IMG/VR virus record: IMGVR_UViG_3300042382_000594
Source: a virus
Taxonomy: Duplodnaviria > Heunggongvirae > Uroviricota > Caudoviricetes
Length of the DNA: 62,341 nt
Strand: one strand, 5' to 3'
Under the pieces are notes generated by a model. The model was not told the origin of the DNA, did not search any database, and saw only the letters and a list, made by a program, of their open reading frames with translations. A program made the position numbers and the translations under genes. This document shows, one piece after another, positions 56,416-62,341 of the stretch; position 1 is the stretch's first letter; every line of letters starts with the position of its first letter.

Positions 56416-58116
56416 TTAGTTTTTGTCGTTATAAAATGCTGCAATAGCTCTTTGACGGCGTTTTTCTTTAGAGTCGCCTTCGAATCTAGAGTCATCTGAT
56501 TTTATGAAATCATCTATATATGCTTTGACGCCCATAGAAGGATTTAAAACTTCATTTAATGCATCTTCAATCGCTTCTTCGTTACATGTAGTATCGCATT
56601 TATTGGTATATTTTTTAGCTCTTAGTTTTTTGAAATCATCTGAGTCTAATTTACCATTTTTGTTTTTATCTAAATCTTTGTCATATCTTTCAGAATAAAC
56701 TGCTTTTTTAGCTTCAAGTAATCTAGATGCGATTTTACTTGATAAAACAGCTTTAAATGAATCAGTTGATTCGACTAAATTATTATCTATGACTTTATCT
56801 AACATTTGTATTACAGATTCTGTTGTATTTTGTTTTTTATTCACGGTTTTGCCTTTTTTAGGTGAAGGTTTTTCTGTTGCATGTAAAATTTTAGTTACAT
56901 CATCGCTTTTTCTGCTGTTACCTTTTGTCCACATTTTATGCGAAAATAATGGATTTCCGCTTTTATCCATGGCATGGATTCTTAATGTTGCGCCACTTCT
57001 TTCTACTTTAAAATGATTAGCATTATTTAAATGGTCATTCAATGATGTTGAATGGTCTTCAAAATGATGGCCATTATGATTATTATTCTTATCAACAGTC
57101 ATATGCGCCCTAGCAGCAACAAAATCTGGATTAGGAATTTGTAATTTATTTCTTACAAAATTTTTAATATGTTCGTGTCCATTCGGTCCATCTTTTATTT
57201 TATTTAAAGTATTTTCTAAATGACTTGTAACATTATGATTCTTATTTTCATAAGAATCATTTACTGCTTTTATATTATTTTTTAATCTTTCGTCATCTGG
57301 GCTTCCGCGAAGAGAATCTACATCGTGGTCATATTTATGTTTTCTAACGCTTTGTCCGCCGGAATAGATTCCTTGTGTAAGTTTTTTATGATTATCTACT
57401 TCTATTTTAGCTTTAGCTTTAAACTCATTAACGGTATCTTCGTGATCATTTCCAAAATCTTTAGCGTCTAATATTGTATTATGCGTATTATTCTTAGCAG
57501 TTGGAGTTTGATTTTTTTGGCTGCCCCATTTTAAACTTAATCCAATTGGTTTTTGATTTCCTTTTTTATCTTTAATAGTAGCCATAACATCGGCATCATC
57601 AGTTCCCTTATTCATCTTTCTATCAGGATTACTGCCATGTTTTTTCATATAACTGTTAACATTTCCATCAACAGAAGTCCATGCAACATTACTTAACGAT
57701 TTAGGGTCGTATCCTCTTTCTTCTAAATGATTATGTAATTCTTTTGCGTGGTGTACTGCATTTCTATAATGACTATAATGTTCTTCTGGTTCTAACGAAT
57801 CATGAGTATATCTATCGTGAACTGATTTTGGAATTTGATTATCTTGATCGCGATAATGTTCTGGCATATAATGTTCTGAAAAATGTCCATTTTTAACATG
57901 ATTATCAAAATGCTCTTTTAACTCTTTATCATCCATTTCAAATAAATTTGGATGATTTCCTCCATGATATGGATTATTTGAACTGTTATGATGTTTAGAC
58001 ATATGATTTAAAACGCCTGCAGTCAGCAATTCATGTCTGACTCCATTAGTATTTGCGGCTGCGCCAGCTTTACTGTTTTCTTTTGCTTCAGTTAGGAAAG
58101 ATTTAAATCTTAACAT
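56416..58116 (-). CDS. His-rich protein: PD-(D/E)XK-like nuclease region plus prohead-core-like segment plus EF-hand-like motif
   Basis: ADVMATIKD...IGLSLK; ESVIQMLDKVIDNNLVESTDSFKAVLSSKIASRLLEAK; DLDKNKNGKLDSDD; starts MLRFKSFLTEA. Confidence 0.55.
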   Translation of the reverse strand: MLRFKSFLTEAKENSKAGAAANTNGVRHELLTAGVLNHMSKHHNSSNNPYHGGNHPNLFEMDDKELKEHFDNHVKNGHFSEHYMPEHYRDQDNQIPKSVHDRYTHDSLEPEEHYSHYRNAVHHAKELHNHLEERGYDPKSLSNVAWTSVDGNVNSYMKKHGSNPDRKMNKGTDDADVMATIKDKKGNQKPIGLSLKWGSQKNQTPTAKNNTHNTILDAKDFGNDHEDTVNEFKAKAKIEVDNHKKLTQGIYSGGQSVRKHKYDHDVDSLRGSPDDERLKNNIKAVNDSYENKNHNVTSHLENTLNKIKDGPNGHEHIKNFVRNKLQIPNPDFVAARAHMTVDKNNNHNGHHFEDHSTSLNDHLNNANHFKVERSGATLRIHAMDKSGNPLFSHKMWTKGNSRKSDDVTKILHATEKPSPKKGKTVNKKQNTTESVIQMLDKVIDNNLVESTDSFKAVLSSKIASRLLEAKKAVYSERYDKDLDKNKNGKLDSDDFKKLRAKKYTNKCDTTCNEEAIEDALNEVLNPSMGVKAYIDDFIKSDDSRFEGDSKEKRRQRAIAAFYNDKN

Positions 58117-58167
58117 ATTGATTTCCTTTGTTGAATGTTATATCTATATATTTATTTAAACAAATGC

Positions 58168-58196
58168 TTGACTTATTAATCCTTATACGTTATAAT
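58168..58196 (+). promoter_or_regulatory. early promoter TTGACT-N17-TATAAT
   Basis: consensus. Confidence 0.85.
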
Positions 58197-58229
58197 TATA
58201 ATGTATAAACGATTAAAAAAGGAAAAATA

Positions 58230-59057
58230 ATGAGAGGGAATTCAAAAATTATTATAAATTGTTCTTATTGTAATATAGAATATTTAAAATATAAAAAACA
58301 AATTAAACCTAATAATTATTGTTGTAGGCGATGTAAAGATTTACATCAAAAAGTATTATTTTCTGGAGAAAATAATCCAAATTTTAATAATAAATGGAAC
58401 GAAGAACAGCGAAGAATTGGGTCAGAAATATCTAAGAAAAGATTTGAATCTGAAGAAATGAGGTATAAAGCTGGCTCAGCGAATAGAGGCAAAAAATTTT
58501 CTAAAGAAAAAGTATCTAAGATGCACGATCATAGAACTTCAGAAAGTTATTCTAGAAAACATACTTCCGACAGTAAAATTATAATAGGAATAAGATCTAA
58601 AGAAAAGTTTACCGAAGAATATAAACAAAATCATAGACAAACAATGGAAAAACTTGGTTATTGGATTCCATTAATCGACAAAGATCCATATAAAATATAT
58701 TACGAAGATGCAAATTGGATTTGTTCAATGATAGAATATTTTTCTGAATATGAACAAGAACAATTAACTTTATTTGGTATATTTAATAGAAATAATACAA
58801 ATGGTTGGGTTAGGGATCATATTTTACCTAGAAATATTGGGTATGAATTTAAAATACCATATCAGTTATTACGGCATCCCGCTAATTTACAATTTATTCC
58901 GCATAATATGAATATATCTAAAGGTTTTTCTGACAGGAAATTATTATTTGAAGATAAAATAGATTTAATAGATGTATTGTATAAAAAAATACTATCTTTT
59001 GATAAAACTTGGGTAGAACACAAATTTTGTTTACATTTTATAAATGAAGGAGGTTAA
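58230..59057 (+). mobile_element. HNH endonuclease with Zn-ribbon and NUMOD3-like segments
   Basis: CSYC...CCRRC; GENNPNF; RDHILPR...HPANLQFIPHNMNISKG. Confidence 0.7.
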
Positions 59058-59061
59058 TCTG

Positions 59062-59592
59062 ATGGCTGAAATTTTTTTCGCGTCAGATCAGTGACAACAT
59101 TTTGGTCACAAAAATATTATTAAATTTACGGATGAAAATGGCAATAGATATCGTCCATTCGATACACTAGAAGAAATGTATGAAACTATCATTTATAAAC
59201 ATAACTCAGTTGTTGGTAAAAATGATATCGTTTACTTCTTAGGAGATGTTACATTTAACAAAAAATATCTTGAATTATTAGATGAAATGAATGGTGAGAA
59301 ATATCTTGTAAAAGGTAATCACGATTCTTGCTATCCATCAGTATATCTAAAATACTTTAAAGATTTATATGGTGTAATTAAGAAACACGATTTTGTATTA
59401 ACACATGTTCCTGTTCATCCATCGCAATTAGACAGATGGAAATTAAATATTCATGGACACTTACATGCTGATATGATTATGTTAGATGGAGTCCCTGATA
59501 CCAGATATTATAATGTTTCTATGGAGGCAATTAATTTTACTCCTGTAAATTTAGATATAATTAAACAATTTGTTGAGACTAGAGATGCTTAA
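59062..59592 (+). CDS. calcineurin-like metallophosphoesterase with an in-frame TGA at codon 11 (recoded gene or pseudogene)
   Basis: AAGGAGG RBS then MAEIFFASDQ*QHFGHKNII; intact LGD, GNHD, THVP and HGHLH motifs. Confidence 0.8.
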
Positions 59593-60427
59593 ATTAAAAG
59601 ATAATGTTAAAGTTTTACAAGTACCGAAAAATTCAATTGATTTTTCTTTTGAAAAATTATCATTAGCAGGTAAACAAGTTAATGTTGTTGGTATGTGTTG
59701 GGATGCAGTGTTTAATGAATTTTTATACGCTGTTTATGATAATAGATTAAAAGTTAATCAGTGGTTTCGTGAGAAATATTTAAACTTAGTTGAGGAAGAA
59801 AATATGCGTGAATTTAAAGTTGGTGATCGAGTTCGGGTTGTTCGGAAAGTTGAACGAGAAAATGGCTGGGAAAATGGCTGGTTGCCTGAGATGAATATGG
59901 CAATTAATACTAGTTATGTTTTTACTATTGCCGACATTTCTAAAGAAGGCATTTATTTTAAACAAAATTGGAGCGATAATATTGAAATTCGTGGATATAA
60001 ATTAGGATATCCGCCAAGTTCGTTAGAATTAGTTGAAACTGTTGAATCAAAAATTGCAACAAGTACAAACTTTCAGTATTTAAATGGTGCTAAATTAGGT
60101 TCAGGTGGTCCTTTAAGCGATTTATGTTTAACTATCCTTACAACTATAACTAAATACCCTGACGGGACTGCTAAGGTCGACTGGTCGGTTGCATTTAAGC
60201 ATCCAAAAGATAAGTTTAACAAAGAATTGGCTCGTCAGGCTGTGTTAACTAAAGAAACAAAAGAATTAATATTAAGTAAAGGATTTAATCGTAATGAGAT
60301 TATATTAAAAATTCTTGCTGATTTATTGTACCATGATGCATATTTGTCTAGTCAATATAGAGTATATGTGTTATTTTTAGTTGCACAATATTCTACTAAC
60401 ATTTTAAGAAAGGCGTTATTCAAATGA
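59585..60427 (+). CDS. hypothetical protein
   Basis: ORF overlapping the phosphoesterase stop; FKVGDRVRV; AFKHPKDKFNK. Confidence 0.6.
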   Translation: MLKLKDNVKVLQVPKNSIDFSFEKLSLAGKQVNVVGMCWDAVFNEFLYAVYDNRLKVNQWFREKYLNLVEEENMREFKVGDRVRVVRKVERENGWENGWLPEMNMAINTSYVFTIADISKEGIYFKQNWSDNIEIRGYKLGYPPSSLELVETVESKIATSTNFQYLNGAKLGSGGPLSDLCLTILTTITKYPDGTAKVDWSVAFKHPKDKFNKELARQAVLTKETKELILSKGFNRNEIILKILADLLYHDAYLSSQYRVYVLFLVAQYSTNILRKALFK

Positions 60428-60633
60428 GTGAAAGTACAGTATCTTTATATCGCAGCGAATTAGAAGATATCGCTAAAGTGTTAAAAAAATTTCCAGAAGC
60501 TGAAAGCCTTGACATTACCGTTGATAACAGCAGCGGGATTGGTAAAATAACTGATATTGTTATTCCTAATGTAGAAATTAATGGAGCTACAGGTGATCTA
60601 AAGATTTCAATTACTGGCGTTGATCATTGGTAA
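60424..60633 (+). CDS. conserved phage hypothetical protein
   Basis: DNSSGIG...ISITGVDHW. Confidence 0.6.
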   Translation: MSESTVSLYRSELEDIAKVLKKFPEAESLDITVDNSSGIGKITDIVIPNVEINGATGDLKISITGVDHW

Positions 60634-60640
60634 ATAACTT

Positions 60641-60664
60641 GGGGAGCCAAAGCTCCCCTTTTTT
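60641..60664 (+). terminator. intrinsic terminator
   Basis: ggggagc-caaa-gctcccc plus T6. Confidence 0.85.
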
Positions 60665-60703
60665 ATTACCTAAATATTCTAAATATACATTTAGGTACTA
60701 TAG

Positions 60704-62212
60704 ATGAACGAACTAAACGATTTTTTAAACCTGATTTCTGAAGCAAAACGAGAATCTATCACGCCCAAAAAAGAAATCTTAGGTTTATCTGAAAAAATAA
60801 AACATAATTCTTTTTTTAACTTGTTGGAAAATACAACTCCGGAACTGTATCCGGAATTACAACCAATTGTAGAACCAACTCCTCCTGAAATAATCCAAGA
60901 AGAATTTATAGAAGAAAAAGTTGCTAAGAATGATTTAACTGATGCTTCGCATTATGATCGATTATTTAAAACTAATGTAGATTTGTTTAATCAACCCAAA
61001 CTTCCTGCAGTTGCTCCAGAAATGAAGGCTTTGACTGATAAAATTCAGTACATGGAAAATTGGTTAAGTAAAATCTCCATGGCTGGTCCAGGTGGCGGTG
61101 AAGTTAATCTTCGTTGGTTAGATGATATTGATAGATCTAGTATTGCTAATGGTAGATATTTAAAATATAATCAATTATCTAATAAATTTGTTTTTGATAA
61201 TCCAAATGCAAATGAAGTTGGGGTTTTAGATTATTTGCAATTAAATACTGATGGTCCGGGAGTAGTTCCGTTTCCGGGAACCTTATCTTGGAACCCAACT
61301 GAAGACTGTTTGAATGTTACCCAAAATGATGGATCAACTCTTCAAGTTGGTCTGGAAAATTATATACAAGTTCATAATGATACAGGAGCAACTCTTCATA
61401 ATGGAGATGTTGTAAAATTTAGTGGAGTCGATTCTTCTATTGCAGATTTACCGCTATGTGAATTAATGGTTTCTGATTTAGATGCGGAACCGTTATATAT
61501 TATTGGAGTGTTGACTAATGATATCCCTATTGGACAAAGTGGCAGAGCTACAATTCTTGGTAGAGTACATGATGTTAATACTACTGGTTCGGATGTAAAT
61601 GAAACATGGAATGTTGGTGATATTCTATGGGTACACCCTACTCTTCCAGGTAAAATGACAAAAGTTAAACCAACTCTACCTAATGTTGCATTATCAGTTG
61701 CAGCTATTGTTAGTTCTGGGTTAACCGATGGAACTCTATTAGTTCGCCCTACTATATGGCCAAGACTGCGTTATGGTGTATTCTCTAATACGGTTGACCA
61801 TATAATAGATGCTATTAATACTGCTTATCCAATTGACTTAGATGTGACAAATATCGCAAGTGGGTTTTCTTTATCTGCAAATTCTCGTGTTGTTGTATCT
61901 CAATCTGGATTATATAATTTTTCTTTATCTGCCCAATTATCTTCTACTAATTCAAGTACGAAAAATGTATATTTCTGGGTAAAGAAAAATAATACTGATG
62001 TAAATTATAGTACAAGATCTCAAACTGTAAATGGTAATAATACTCGTATGACGTTTGCTTGTAATTGGACAATATCGTTAAATGCAAATGAATATGTTCA
62101 ACTAATGTGGGCTGCTGATGATTTAACAATAAGGTTGGATTCTGCAGCTAATACTGCGTTCTGTCCTGCAACTCCGTCAATATTATTAACAGTAACTCAA
62201 ACAGCTCTTTAA
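60704..62212 (+). CDS. putative virion structural protein with a C-terminal C1q/BclA-like jelly-roll domain
   Basis: GPGGGEVNLRWLDD; SRVVVSQSGLYNFSLSAQL...YFWVKKN...YVQLMW. Confidence 0.6.
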   Translation: MNELNDFLNLISEAKRESITPKKEILGLSEKIKHNSFFNLLENTTPELYPELQPIVEPTPPEIIQEEFIEEKVAKNDLTDASHYDRLFKTNVDLFNQPKLPAVAPEMKALTDKIQYMENWLSKISMAGPGGGEVNLRWLDDIDRSSIANGRYLKYNQLSNKFVFDNPNANEVGVLDYLQLNTDGPGVVPFPGTLSWNPTEDCLNVTQNDGSTLQVGLENYIQVHNDTGATLHNGDVVKFSGVDSSIADLPLCELMVSDLDAEPLYIIGVLTNDIPIGQSGRATILGRVHDVNTTGSDVNETWNVGDILWVHPTLPGKMTKVKPTLPNVALSVAAIVSSGLTDGTLLVRPTIWPRLRYGVFSNTVDHIIDAINTAYPIDLDVTNIASGFSLSANSRVVVSQSGLYNFSLSAQLSSTNSSTKNVYFWVKKNNTDVNYSTRSQTVNGNNTRMTFACNWTISLNANEYVQLMWAADDLTIRLDSAANTAFCPATPSILLTVTQTAL

Positions 62213-62341
62213 AGTCCAGATCTCAACTTTCTTACTTGGAAGCCTATTATCAGTTCATCAACAACGTACTAATAGATTCCAGTTATTACAATAATTGGAT
62301 ATCAGTGAGAGTAACACGTCGTCACCTAACGAAATATAAAA

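Noticed and set aside
59092-59094. Genome-wide TGA reassignment or selenocysteine
   Set aside because: TGA terminates rnh, gp48 and DUF4815 normally, long ORFs are intact under code 11, and readthrough would not restore DxH spacing.
1-62341. tRNA, tmRNA, rRNA or group I intron
   Set aside because: No T-loop/cloverleaf, tmRNA ends or intron P7 signatures were seen by eye; tRNAscan or Infernal would be needed to exclude them formally.
62213-62341. Possible minus-strand gene end at the right edge
   Set aside because: The candidate frames contain stops within the short visible stretch; there is too little sequence to call.

Overview
AT-rich (~30% GC by eye) segment of a large T4-like myovirus. 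It carries a stand-alone particulate methane monooxygenase subunit C gene (pmoC), so it is a 'pmoC-phage' that probably infects a gammaproteobacterial (type I) methanotroph. Positions 1-33.3 kb are a tail/baseplate module: two RCC1 propellers, a tail fibre with an S74 chaperone, a DUF4815 protein, gp8, 7, 6, 25, 5, 53, 48, 4, 2, 54, 26, 51 and a tape-measure-like protein. Positions 33.3-62.3 kb mix core genes (gp32, gp59, gp33, phoH, exonuclease, topoisomerase gp39+60/gp52, RNase H) with accessory genes. Two promoter classes are readable: sigma70-type (GC)TTGAC-N17-TATAAT and T4 late TATAAATA. The most notable observations: (1) two endonuclease genes from unrelated families (HNH and GIY-YIG) share a covarying 5' hairpin leader, N-terminal codons and a C-terminal motif; (2) a Gln-UGA-Gln 'stop-hop' site sits inside the catalytic DxH motif of a metallophosphoesterase; (3) a family of His-rich, mostly late-promoter proteins has capsid-targeting-like N-termini (kinase-like, ADP-ribosyltransferase, nuclease, HEAT repeats); (4) a promoter-driven, heavily base-paired non-coding region of ~550 nt; (5) a candidate -1 frameshift joining gp26 and gp51 just upstream of the tape measure. 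All family assignments come from motif recognition by eye; no database searches were run.
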